Source: a virus
Lineage: Duplodnaviria; Caudoviricetes
Virus record (IMG/VR): IMGVR_UViG_3300028588_000015
Coordinates: 64,001 to 128,000 of that record
Strand: one strand, 5' to 3'
DNA length: 64,000 nucleotides
Shown: one piece after another, positions 37,925 to 46,294 of the stretch
Layout: each line of letters begins with the position of its first letter
Numbering within the stretch: position 1 is the first letter of the stretch
Notes under the pieces: generated by a model
The model's database searches: none
Seen by the model: only the letters and a program-made list of their open reading frames with translations
What the model was told of the DNA's origin: nothing
Program-made: the position numbers and the translations under genes

Positions 37925-38528
37925 CTATCTGATGATCCGTGAAAACCGGAGCCACGTGCTGAGCACTGTGCGAGGTGTCACCGTATCCAGCGGTGTGGTA
38001 CGTGGTTGGGATAATACCCCATGAAACCCGAGGGCTCCAGAAGTTGTTCTGGGATTGCTTCTGCCGGTTGACAGACCCTTCACGGAGTCTAACAACTGAG
38101 TGTGTGTGCCTCTGGTCATAGAACGTGACGTTTTTGGGTTACGGTACGTCGCATTTTCCTTTCCTAGGAAAAGATACCATGCAAGCTTCCAACTTGTGAA
38201 AACCGTACGGCCAAACTTTCTGGGTGGAACCAGTCATGTTTGGCAAGTTGTCCACATTCCCGTGGCGGCCCTCCCTTGGGCAGCGGACAGCGGGAAAGAG
38301 CATATTACCCCGGCCCGTGTGGAGTGTGGGTGGTTGGTGCCGCGGCCTGCGGCCAGTGCTCTGTGTGCAGCCTGTAACACCTTTCTCGTGTTGGCTGAAA
38401 ACAGCCGGCCTCTTTGGAACCCGCCAAAGATGATTCGCTCGATATTGGGATACCGACGGGATGTCGGGGTCGGGGGAATGCGTGTGAGGGTGTTACGGGA
38501 TGTACAGTGTTTTCATGGATCGTGATAG
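37925..38528 (+). ncRNA. candidate large ornate non-coding RNA (~600 nt)
   Basis: End-pairing helix 37932-37946/38509-38523 (15 bp, two GU), an 8-bp long-range pseudoknot 37961-68/38354-61, and more than 12 further stems. No credible long ORF; own terminator. Confidence 0.7.
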
Positions 38529-38545
38529 GGATGTCCGATCTTGAC

Positions 38546-38572
38546 AGTCACCCTTCGGGGTGACTTTTTTCC
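38546..38572 (+). terminator. intrinsic terminator closing the candidate ncRNA
   Basis: AGTCACCC-TTCG-GGGTGACT-TTTTT. Confidence 0.9.
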
Positions 38573-38594
38573 GACTACTAAAGAAAACGATACC

Positions 38595-39146
38595 ATGAAA
38601 CATTTACGATTGGCATTGGAGCATAACTCACCATTAGCTAACATGGAAGAGGTGAGGGCGGAACCAGAAGGAAATATGTGGTTTCGACACACCTCGCCGT
38701 ATGCGCTGGCTGAATTGAAACCGTTGAGTTACGATGAATTGGAAAAGGTTCGGCCCGATTACGATGTTGAGGCACGTAAAAGGACAGAAAAGAAATACCA
38801 TCGCTTGGCACACACGAATCCCGACACGAGTTTTCTTTACGCCACGATGGTGGGATTTCATCAGATGGAAGATGTGCTGTCTTACCCAGGTTACACATAT
38901 TTCTTCAAACTGGAACTATGGCAATTGCCCGAATGTATCTTTGATGTCGTCGATCAAAAGAAGTGGATGGAGCCGACCAAAGGTATTGCTGGATACACGC
39001 TGGCACGAGACATTTGGACGCGGCATCGGCGAGAATTTAAACCGTACGAGGAAGAAGGTCTCGGCACTATTGAACCACGTATCGAGCTTATCATTCCGTA
39101 TTCGGTAAAACCCAAACTCTATGTCCCGCAAGAAGAAGACCGTTAG
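38595..39146 (+). CDS. hypothetical protein, possible virion component
   Basis: ATG at 38595 (the track start lies in the terminator); N-terminal LRLALE contains an A-x-E motif. Confidence 0.65.
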   Translation: MKHLRLALEHNSPLANMEEVRAEPEGNMWFRHTSPYALAELKPLSYDELEKVRPDYDVEARKRTEKKYHRLAHTNPDTSFLYATMVGFHQMEDVLSYPGYTYFFKLELWQLPECIFDVVDQKKWMEPTKGIAGYTLARDIWTRHRREFKPYEEEGLGTIEPRIELIIPYSVKPKLYVPQEEDR

Positions 39147-39235
39147 AAGGCAGAGGGAGGCTAACGCCTCTCTTTATGCCGGATTGTGAAAAATACCGAG
39201 GCAAGATATTTCATAGTGAACACAGGGAGAAACAG

Positions 39236-39661
39236 ATGTGGCCGTCAGTCATCGTACTCGATACGCAGCGTATCATGAAAGCGTTTCGCGAACACGCGGA
39301 GCAGTCCGGTAAACCACTCGATTTTCCAGATGAAATGGTACGTGAGATTGTGGTCTGTCTTCGTCATGCAAGACGCGCGACGCTGCGCCTGGACCAACTC
39401 ATGTGGTGTATCTTGAGTAACGAATTCGAGCACCATTACGCAGCGTACGCGGATTCCACCGTATTGGTATTTATTGAAGAACTGGGCAATGTACTAATGG
39501 ATAGCATTATCCGACATAATCTCTACGACCAATACGGCACGCTGCACTATCGTTATCTAGAACCCCGAGTGGTTGATTTTAACTGTATCATTTTAAAGAG
39601 GAGTGAAAATGTTGGTAGCGACGACCCCCTCCCCAGCCCAACCCCCCGTTATCATTTTTGA
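39236..39661 (+). CDS. phiKZ-like hypothetical protein (paralogue family with 39609 and 63438)
   Basis: GGGAG RBS; VIVLD N-terminus and LYDQYG.L.Y.Y C-terminus. Confidence 0.65.
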   Translation: MWPSVIVLDTQRIMKAFREHAEQSGKPLDFPDEMVREIVVCLRHARRATLRLDQLMWCILSNEFEHHYAAYADSTVLVFIEELGNVLMDSIIRHNLYDQYGTLHYRYLEPRVVDFNCIILKRSENVGSDDPLPSPTPRYHF

Positions 39662-40016
39662 TATCAGTGAAGTGATGTGGGAGTACCGAGACTGCTTTGG
39701 TCCAGAGAGCGATGCAGGCATCGATATGGAGTATCTCTTCAATGATATTTTGCAAGCATTGAAAGTTCACCAGTATCACCCCAATGTACTCTTTATCTTG
39801 GCGAAGGCAGTGATTGCCAATAGCCGCGAGTACTTGCCTGTCGAAGAAAAAAGAATTGAAGAAGCCATCTTACAGTTGGGTGAGGTGATTCACAAGAAGT
39901 TACAGAGCAGCGGCTTTTACATCAACCAACAACACCCGTACCATTTACATCGTCTTTTCATGAACAACAGTTTGGTGCTTGCTCATGAAGGGTATTCGGA
40001 CTACGTGGAATTCTAA
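39609..40016 (+). CDS. phiKZ-like hypothetical protein (paralogue family)
   Basis: GAGGAG RBS; VIIFD and FYINQQHPYHL motifs. Confidence 0.6.
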   Translation: MLVATTPSPAQPPVIIFDISEVMWEYRDCFGPESDAGIDMEYLFNDILQALKVHQYHPNVLFILAKAVIANSREYLPVEEKRIEEAILQLGEVIHKKLQSSGFYINQQHPYHLHRLFMNNSLVLAHEGYSDYVEF

Positions 40017-40072
40017 TCGATGGGCCTTCAGGCTCATCTTTTTTTTTTGTCTGTTCAAGAACCATTAGAATT

Positions 40073-40092
40073 AATTACAGCAACATATTACA
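40073..40092 (+). promoter_or_regulatory. early phage promoter motif
   Basis: AATTACAGCAACATATTACA; resembles the phiKZ early TATTAC-type element. Confidence 0.65.
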
Positions 40093-40146
40093 AAGGGAGC
40101 ACAAGTGAATGTGACTCTTAACTAACTTGAAGAAAGAGGAAAGAAC

Positions 40147-40545
40147 ATGAAAATCGAAATTGCAGACTGCATGAAAGTCGCCAAAGACTTGGTGGAAATG
40201 ATGAAAAAGATCGATGGGTGTGACCCGCGCGACACTTCGCAATTAAGTGTTCGCATTAACCCTATTATGCTGGAAGACAACAATGGCACGGAACGGCCGG
40301 GTATTCAGGTGCTTAATACCGAGAATAGCTCAACCGTAAGTTACATGGTCGTGGGCGGTCATCCGAGATGTTTTACGATCGAATACATGATGCTGACGCT
40401 GGCGGAACACGAGTCTGAAGAAGAAGATTTTCCAAGTAATTTCTTGGACCTCGACCGCGACGGCATGGCTTTGTTTAGTTTGCACGTATTTAATTTCCTA
40501 GGATTCGGTGTGAAACCCACCGTACCTGGCGGCGAAGGCGATTAA
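40147..40545 (+). CDS. hypothetical protein
   Basis: GAGGA RBS; first gene after the early promoter. Confidence 0.7.
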   Translation: MKIEIADCMKVAKDLVEMMKKIDGCDPRDTSQLSVRINPIMLEDNNGTERPGIQVLNTENSSTVSYMVVGGHPRCFTIEYMMLTLAEHESEEEDFPSNFLDLDRDGMALFSLHVFNFLGFGVKPTVPGGEGD

Positions 40546-40619
40546 GAAAAAAGTACGAGAAGGGGGGCAATAATGTGATTGACCTCCCCATTGTTTTGTC
40601 TAACTGAAAGAGACTTATC

Positions 40620-40916
40620 ATGACTACCGCCTGTGCAGTTGCTCAAGAGTCGTATCGTATCAGGATGGACATCGGTATCAAAAGTGATAATGGCCATGTG
40701 CTCCTTCGTGCGAGGGAATATACGACCACGATCACGCCGCCGGTGCAGAAGTACACGACACATGCCGCAATCATGACGCGTTGTGAAAACCTCGCGCTGG
40801 CGGAATACGCCAAGCAATTTGAAACACAAATGGATGGCGACATGACCATCCAACGTCTGCTCCGTGGAAAAGATTGGAGCTTCTTCTACAAAGTCAATAC
40901 GTTTAAAAAGGAGTAA
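40620..40916 (+). CDS. hypothetical protein
   Basis: Operon context. Confidence 0.55.
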   Translation: MTTACAVAQESYRIRMDIGIKSDNGHVLLRAREYTTTITPPVQKYTTHAAIMTRCENLALAEYAKQFETQMDGDMTIQRLLRGKDWSFFYKVNTFKKE

Positions 40917-40920
40917 TACG

Positions 40921-41163
40921 GTGAAATCGAAAGAAATGATGATCAAGGATGCACGCATGTATTTGCGTTCGGCCAAAGCGGGGATTAGCGAGGATGGCGC
41001 TTCCCTTACGTTTATGGAAGCAATGGCGGCAGCTAAACAAGCCGAACAAGCCGCTGCCGAGCTTTATCGCTTGGCCGGGCGTATCGAAGTTGAAGCGGAC
41101 ATTAAACGAAAGAAGGCAATCGGCAGTGCCGCCGACGAATTGAAATACATCGTCGCGGCGTAA
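40921..41163 (+). CDS. small helical hypothetical protein
   Basis: AAGGAG RBS with GTG start at 40921. Confidence 0.55.
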   Translation: MKSKEMMIKDARMYLRSAKAGISEDGASLTFMEAMAAAKQAEQAAAELYRLAGRIEVEADIKRKKAIGSAADELKYIVAA

Positions 41164-41187
41164 ACAAATAAAAAGGAATAAGAAGAA

Positions 41188-41700
41188 ATGAGTACTCGTA
41201 AGAAAAAGGTTGAGGAGTTTAAGTACAAAGTCAAGACGACCCAAATTCCCGTGATGACACTTGAACAAAAGCAAGAAACGCTGGTACGCGAAGAACAAAG
41301 CAAACGCTTGCTTCGTATCCAGTGCTACATGGGGCTGGAGAAGATGCAACTCGGTATCGCCACACAGGCCGATTGGTATTTGATTCAGTTGCGTCTCAGC
41401 GTCGGTGACCGGATGGTGGATGTTTTGGAAAAGAACAACGTCGATCTGAGTACGGATGACATCCGCGATTTGAATACGGTTGCCGACGCCGGACTGAAAG
41501 CGTTATACGCGATCGGTGAGCGCATCAACGATAACTTGACGACGGAGTTCTATACCACGTTTGACGAGCGTGGAGATATCGAAGCCGCGCTGAACCTATC
41601 GGATGAACTTGAAGACCTCGTCACTGAGTTCTACGGCAGTGCGGTCTTCGCGCGTCTGTACTTGGACACCAAGAACCATTTGATCAGGATGCATCCATAG
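41188..41700 (+). CDS. hypothetical protein
   Basis: Purine-rich RBS; followed by hairpin ~41704-41729. Confidence 0.7.
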   Translation: MSTRKKKVEEFKYKVKTTQIPVMTLEQKQETLVREEQSKRLLRIQCYMGLEKMQLGIATQADWYLIQLRLSVGDRMVDVLEKNNVDLSTDDIRDLNTVADAGLKALYAIGERINDNLTTEFYTTFDERGDIEAALNLSDELEDLVTEFYGSAVFARLYLDTKNHLIRMHP

Positions 41701-41781
41701 CGTAAGGGAGGCCCATGCCTCCTTTATGCCGTGTGGTGAAAGTTTATTGGGTCGAGATTATTATTGAGGAGGGCATCTAAG

Positions 41782-42336
41782 ATGACAATCGCTATTATCG
41801 GTACTGCGGGACGCGACAAGACCAAACCCATGAGGCTTCCCCTCTACATGTGGATGTTGGGGGATGTCTATCAACGGGTTCCGAAAGGGGCGCACGTGAA
41901 GTCAGGTGGTGCAGCATGGGCCGACCACCTATCGGTCTCACTTTTTTTGTTCGGCCACGCAGGTGAAATCACATTGCATTTGCCGGCGCCGTTCGTGAAC
42001 GGGCGTTTCGTGGACAGTGGGTTCAAAAGCGCAGGTAGCGCGGCCAATTACTATCATGGTCTCTTCAGTCAAATCATTGGCCGTGATACCTTGGGACAAA
42101 TTGCTCAAGTTATTGAAATGGGGCAAGTGCAGGGAAACCGGTTTGTCCACATTGAATGTGAACCTGCTTCACCCGGAATCGGCGGCATGTTTGCCCGCAA
42201 TAGCAAAGTCGCAGTCGCTGATGAAATGCTGGCCTACACCTTCGGCAAAGGCGACATCCCGGCCGATGGCGGCACACTCGATACATGGAACAAATGTAAC
42301 GGTAAGAAGACGCACATTTCTTTGCCGTATCTTTAG
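41782..42336 (+). CDS. SLOG-superfamily (DprA/YspA-like) nucleotide-binding protein
   Basis: IAIIGTAGR, VKSGGAAWADH, FARNSKVA, and a terminal GGTLDTW motif. Confidence 0.6.
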   Translation: MTIAIIGTAGRDKTKPMRLPLYMWMLGDVYQRVPKGAHVKSGGAAWADHLSVSLFLFGHAGEITLHLPAPFVNGRFVDSGFKSAGSAANYYHGLFSQIIGRDTLGQIAQVIEMGQVQGNRFVHIECEPASPGIGGMFARNSKVAVADEMLAYTFGKGDIPADGGTLDTWNKCNGKKTHISLPYL

Positions 42337-42360
42337 GAATAGAAAAGAAAGGATAAGAAC

Positions 42361-43197
42361 ATGTTTCAAGTGATCAAACTCAATGACGGGACCAAGGTCG
42401 AATATTACAAAGACAGTCGTCCTTTCGTCCGTGGTTTCGGTACGGTGATCAAATCAATTCTGGGCCTCAATCACGTGCTGCACTGGAAACAGATGAAGCG
42501 TAATGAAGGGTTCGAATTGATGAAGAAGTATCCGCCCTTCATGAAGTTCTTTACACCACCCCGGCTAATCTTGGAAAAACGTAAAGAACTACGCGATGGC
42601 GAGATAGTTCACCCGTACTACTACGTCGACGAAACAATCTTCGTGCCAGCTGGACCATGGCCGACCTGCCCGATCCACCTCTGGATGCCGCTGGATACTG
42701 ACGCGTGGGTGCGTCAGCGTGTCGACATCATCGTCGACCACTGGAAGGGCGCCGAAACGGCCACAAGCGCAGAAGAATGGGTCATAACGGTGCATCAACG
42801 TACCAAGGTAGAGAAAATCTCTCCATCTTTCGAATGGGCCAGCTTTGACATACTCACAGCACGGTCCCAAGGAAAGTCGATCTATCAAGATTCTGCAAGC
42901 CGTCGGCAGTACGATGGTTCGTCGATGGCATGGCTGCGCGAACTGTTCGAGGCATCGAAAGAAGTCCCGGATCAGGAACTGCCATCGTCGTACCCGAACG
43001 TGCGTGCCAAGTGGCGCAGTCTCGCCAGCCAAGTATCCCTCGCATGGCGGCTGATCACAAAGGGCCTCACGCGAACGACCGACCTGTTCGTACTCAACAT
43101 GATGAACTGGACGTCAAAACCCAAGATCAGTCTGTCAAGCGCACTGTGGCAGCACGAACGCATGCACCATGTGCTTAATTGTATCATGCCGTACTGA
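42361..43197 (+). CDS. hypothetical protein
   Basis: AAGGA RBS; operon context. Confidence 0.65.
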   Translation: MFQVIKLNDGTKVEYYKDSRPFVRGFGTVIKSILGLNHVLHWKQMKRNEGFELMKKYPPFMKFFTPPRLILEKRKELRDGEIVHPYYYVDETIFVPAGPWPTCPIHLWMPLDTDAWVRQRVDIIVDHWKGAETATSAEEWVITVHQRTKVEKISPSFEWASFDILTARSQGKSIYQDSASRRQYDGSSMAWLRELFEASKEVPDQELPSSYPNVRAKWRSLASQVSLAWRLITKGLTRTTDLFVLNMMNWTSKPKISLSSALWQHERMHHVLNCIMPY

Positions 43198-43208
43198 AAG
43201 AGAAGACT

Positions 43209-43598
43209 ATGATCAAAGCAGCTATCGGCAATACCGCCATTCTTGGCTTGGAAGAGAAGAATATCGAGGCACTGCAACAAAATAAGCCCATGGTGGTCAA
43301 ACTCAAAGAAATTGGCTTGGCCGACATCGCAGTCGTCATTGCGTACATTGAAAGCGGGCGTGCACTAATGCCCCGGTTGCCGACTGGCGATGTTGCAGCC
43401 ATTGGGCTTGACACCAACGATATCGCAAAAATCAAGGCCGGTACGCCGGTCATGATCAAACTGAAAGACCTTGGTTTAGCCGACATTGTCGTCGGCATCA
43501 TCTACGGTACTACACAAGCGGATATCGTGGCGTACATGGAGAAAGAACTCGGTCTCAAAATGCCTGCAATCAATCCAATCGACAACAAACCCATCTAA
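43209..43598 (+). CDS. hypothetical protein with internal tandem duplication
   Basis: Two copies of (A/I)GL....I.......P..(V/I)KLK.(I/L)GLADI.V...Y. Confidence 0.65.
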   Translation: MIKAAIGNTAILGLEEKNIEALQQNKPMVVKLKEIGLADIAVVIAYIESGRALMPRLPTGDVAAIGLDTNDIAKIKAGTPVMIKLKDLGLADIVVGIIYGTTQADIVAYMEKELGLKMPAINPIDNKPI

Positions 43599-43613
43599 AC
43601 TAGAAAGAACAAC

Positions 43614-44441
43614 ATGTCCATTCTGAGCGACAAAACCATCCGTTCCCTGTGCGAGCACCCGATGGCGTACGTGATCTACTGCATCCAGGTGCCGGGCGCA
43701 GGTTTGAAAGAAGTAAAGGAGCCGGTCTATTTCCCGACCAACTGGGAAAGACTGAGCCACCGGGAATTGTTTGATCTCGCTTGGCCCGAAGGCCGCGCCA
43801 TCGCACAGAAGCGCGGCGCGGTGGGCACCGTTCAAGTGATGATGAGTGACTTCGCTACGCCCGTCATGGAAAACACCATGATCGAACCGTACGAGCCGCA
43901 GCAAGTGCGGGAACGGGATAAACCTATTCCCGATGGCAGCGACGGCGTCAAGCTCGTCATGGGGAGCGAGAAAATCGTCTCCTACGGTACCTCGTCCTAC
44001 GGCTACGACATCCGTTGCGGGCGCGAGTTTAAAGTATTCACGAATACGTATTCGGCTATCGTTGACCCCAAGAACTTCGATGAAAAGGCTTTCGTCGATG
44101 TAGTGGGCGACAAGTGCATTATCCCGCCGAATTCGTTCGCGCTGGCCCGTACGATGGAATACTTCCGTATCCCGCGCAACGTCCTGACCGTGTGTCTCGG
44201 CAAGTCGACCTATGCGCGCTGCGGTATCATCGTCAACGTGACGCCGTTCGAGCCGGAATGGGAAGGGTACGTGACGCTCGAGTTCTCCAACACCACGCCG
44301 CTGCCGGCCGTCATCTATGCCGGTGAAGGCTGCGCCCAAGTGCTGTTCTTCGAGGGCGACGAGCCGTGCGAAGTGTCGTACAAGGACCGCGGCGGTAAGT
44401 ACCAAGGCCAAGCGGCGCTGCCTGTGACGCCGAAGGTGTAA
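43614..44441 (+). CDS. dcd: dCTP deaminase with ~70-aa N-terminal insertion
   Basis: [79 protein letters not shown]. Confidence 0.95.
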   Translation: MSILSDKTIRSLCEHPMAYVIYCIQVPGAGLKEVKEPVYFPTNWERLSHRELFDLAWPEGRAIAQKRGAVGTVQVMMSDFATPVMENTMIEPYEPQQVRERDKPIPDGSDGVKLVMGSEKIVSYGTSSYGYDIRCGREFKVFTNTYSAIVDPKNFDEKAFVDVVGDKCIIPPNSFALARTMEYFRIPRNVLTVCLGKSTYARCGIIVNVTPFEPEWEGYVTLEFSNTTPLPAVIYAGEGCAQVLFFEGDEPCEVSYKDRGGKYQGQAALPVTPKV

Positions 44442-44446
44442 GGAAT

Positions 44447-44477
44447 AAAAGGTGAGCTACTCTTGCTCACCTTTTCT
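44447..44477 (+). terminator. bidirectional terminator
   Basis: AAAAGGTGAGC/GCTCACCTTTT. Confidence 0.8.
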
Positions 44478-44508
44478 AAATAACTGAAAGGAAAGAAGGA
44501 GTACTATC

Positions 44509-44997
44509 ATGGCAATTGAAATGAAATCTGAAATTTCGGTATCCCGACCAACTGGTCGGGATGAAGAACGTCGTCAAGAAGTCCCGCATCCGAAGAAGGT
44601 CGGCTATTGGTACAACAAAGACGACTGCCGCAACTTTCCGATGCCGAAGGCGCACCCGATTGGCTGGGAAGGTCAAGCCGAGTTTCTCGCCAAGCTCGAT
44701 GCAATCGAAAAGCCACTGATAGAACACTACGCGGCGGTAAACCGGTTCAACAACACACAGTTGGACAAGCCGCGCGATGAACGCGAACCTCGAAAAGAAC
44801 ACGACGGCACGGTTGAAGGCTATCGTGGATCGTCGACCTGCCGCTGCTGCGGCCACCCGTGGAATGGCAGCCATGAATACAACTTCCAAGGCTGGACTTG
44901 GCCGTCGGGGTACATGCACTACCTGCGCGATCATAACGTACTGCCGGACGAGGGTTTCAAGCAATTCGTACTCAATTATGTCGAGGAACATTCGTGA
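44509..44997 (+). CDS. hypothetical protein with a YRG.S.CRCC...NGS.E...W.WP.G..HY...H putative metal-binding motif
   Basis: Cys/His motif recalled from widespread uncharacterised phage proteins. Confidence 0.65.
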   Translation: MAIEMKSEISVSRPTGRDEERRQEVPHPKKVGYWYNKDDCRNFPMPKAHPIGWEGQAEFLAKLDAIEKPLIEHYAAVNRFNNTQLDKPRDEREPRKEHDGTVEGYRGSSTCRCCGHPWNGSHEYNFQGWTWPSGYMHYLRDHNVLPDEGFKQFVLNYVEEHS

Positions 44998-45419
44998 AAA
45001 CCATCACCGACGACCAAAAGAAAACGGCGCGTGAGAAGTTGATCAAGGTCGTTTCTTCCGTGGTGCCGGAACTCACGCGAGTGGAAGCAAACCCGCAATT
45101 CGGGTACGGCGTGTTCTTGCTGTCCAATGCAGGCCACGCGCGCATTTATCGAGTGCAGCGTGGATTATCGAAAGCGCACAATGAAATCGCGCCGCCGCAA
45201 GAAGGTCGTTACGTGGCAGCGACTGTCACGCTGCTGAAGAAGAACGACCTCGTCCTCGCGTACGGCGAGTATCCGAAGGACGGGGGCGAAAGTGTGCACC
45301 TCGGCATGCTCAAGTATGACGATCACGAATACGATAAGATTCCCGACCATATCGTTGATTTCCTCGTGACCGGCAAAGTACCGATCGCCGACGATAACGC
45401 CCTACCCTTGACGTTGTAA
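44994..45419 (+). CDS. hypothetical protein
   Basis: GTGA overlap; GAGGA RBS. Confidence 0.6.
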   Translation: MKTITDDQKKTAREKLIKVVSSVVPELTRVEANPQFGYGVFLLSNAGHARIYRVQRGLSKAHNEIAPPQEGRYVAATVTLLKKNDLVLAYGEYPKDGGESVHLGMLKYDDHEYDKIPDHIVDFLVTGKVPIADDNALPLTL

Positions 45420-45441
45420 AACAGAAAAGAGGAGTCTGGTT

Positions 45442-45852
45442 TTGGAGAATGTTCCACAGTGGTTAATCCCAGTATTCAAGGGATTGCAAGAAAAAGCTTC
45501 ACTAGACCCGGCAGTAATTCGCCACGGTGTCTTTGATATAAAGACTCATAACCGCGTTATCAGTGAAGGCGTATTAACGGCTGACGATATCGTAATAGGT
45601 ATCAACCATGGTTTTGGTAAGTTTGCAGAAATGAGTTTCTACATCAATCGAGAACCGATGGGTAGTAACTATGGTGTAGTGTGTTTCAACATAGAAAAAG
45701 ATGGTGCTGATGTTTCTCTACTGGAAGGTAAATGCGATAGGGCGTTTGAAGAAGCACCTTCACGCACGGATGAAATCATCGATCACATTTGGGGTGTGTA
45801 CGTAGCCTGGCGTGGCGTCAACAAAATGCCGAGACTCAGCGTTGTAACTTAA
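45442..45852 (+). CDS. hypothetical protein, paralogue of 45869-46294
   Basis: GAGGAG RBS with TTG start; shared GI.HGFG and HIW motifs. Confidence 0.6.
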   Translation: MENVPQWLIPVFKGLQEKASLDPAVIRHGVFDIKTHNRVISEGVLTADDIVIGINHGFGKFAEMSFYINREPMGSNYGVVCFNIEKDGADVSLLEGKCDRAFEEAPSRTDEIIDHIWGVYVAWRGVNKMPRLSVVT

Positions 45853-45868
45853 AAAAAGGAGAAATGAA

Positions 45869-46294
45869 ATGAACCAAATCGAGCAACTGATTCCCGAATA
45901 TTTCCTCCCCGTCGTGGTGAACTTGCGCGCAAGGGCCATGGTCGACAACAGTGGTCTCGGTTACGGTGTCATCGACGTGCTGTCGCCGCCAGAAGAGAAA
46001 GACAGCAAGTACCTCGAACTCGGTATCAGCCATGGGTTCGGCCATTACTCGGTCCACTCCGTTCTCATCGAGAAAAAACCGGAAGAAGAATACTTTTGCA
46101 CGTTGCGGTTCCGGGACGTGACCGCGTCGATCATCGACAACGATCAACACATCGTGGGCACCAAAATATTCGGTATCCCACTTTCGGCCGCCGGGGTCCC
46201 TTCCTTTGCGCTGCGCCATGAAGAAGTGGCCAATCACATCTGGGACTGGTTCAATACGAGAATTTTCCGTACCCATCTCGACGACGCGGCATAA
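45869..46294 (+). CDS. hypothetical protein, paralogue of 45442-45852
   Basis: AAGGAG RBS; followed by hairpin CAATAGGGCG/CGCCCTATTG. Confidence 0.7.
   Translation: MNQIEQLIPEYFLPVVVNLRARAMVDNSGLGYGVIDVLSPPEEKDSKYLELGISHGFGHYSVHSVLIEKKPEEEYFCTLRFRDVTASIIDNDQHIVGTKIFGIPLSAAGVPSFALRHEEVANHIWDWFNTRIFRTHLDDAA

Noticed and set aside
38100-38525. 141-aa plus-strand ORF, and the 64- and 69-aa ORFs in the ncRNA region
   Set aside because: Non-ATG start for the 141-aa ORF, no RBS for any of them, atypical codons and a Trp/Cys/Pro-rich nonsense composition; better explained by RNA structure.
37925-38528. Assigning the large RNA to RNase P, tmRNA or a group I/II intron
   Set aside because: There are partial echoes (GAAACCCGAGGGCTCCA, GTGAAAAC, GAGCC...GTACGTGGTT), but the diagnostic GAGGAAAGUCC and ACAGAA.CCGGCUUA (RNase P), tRNA-like CCA ends (tmRNA), P7/domain V and an interrupted host gene are all missing. 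Left unassigned pending a covariance-model search.
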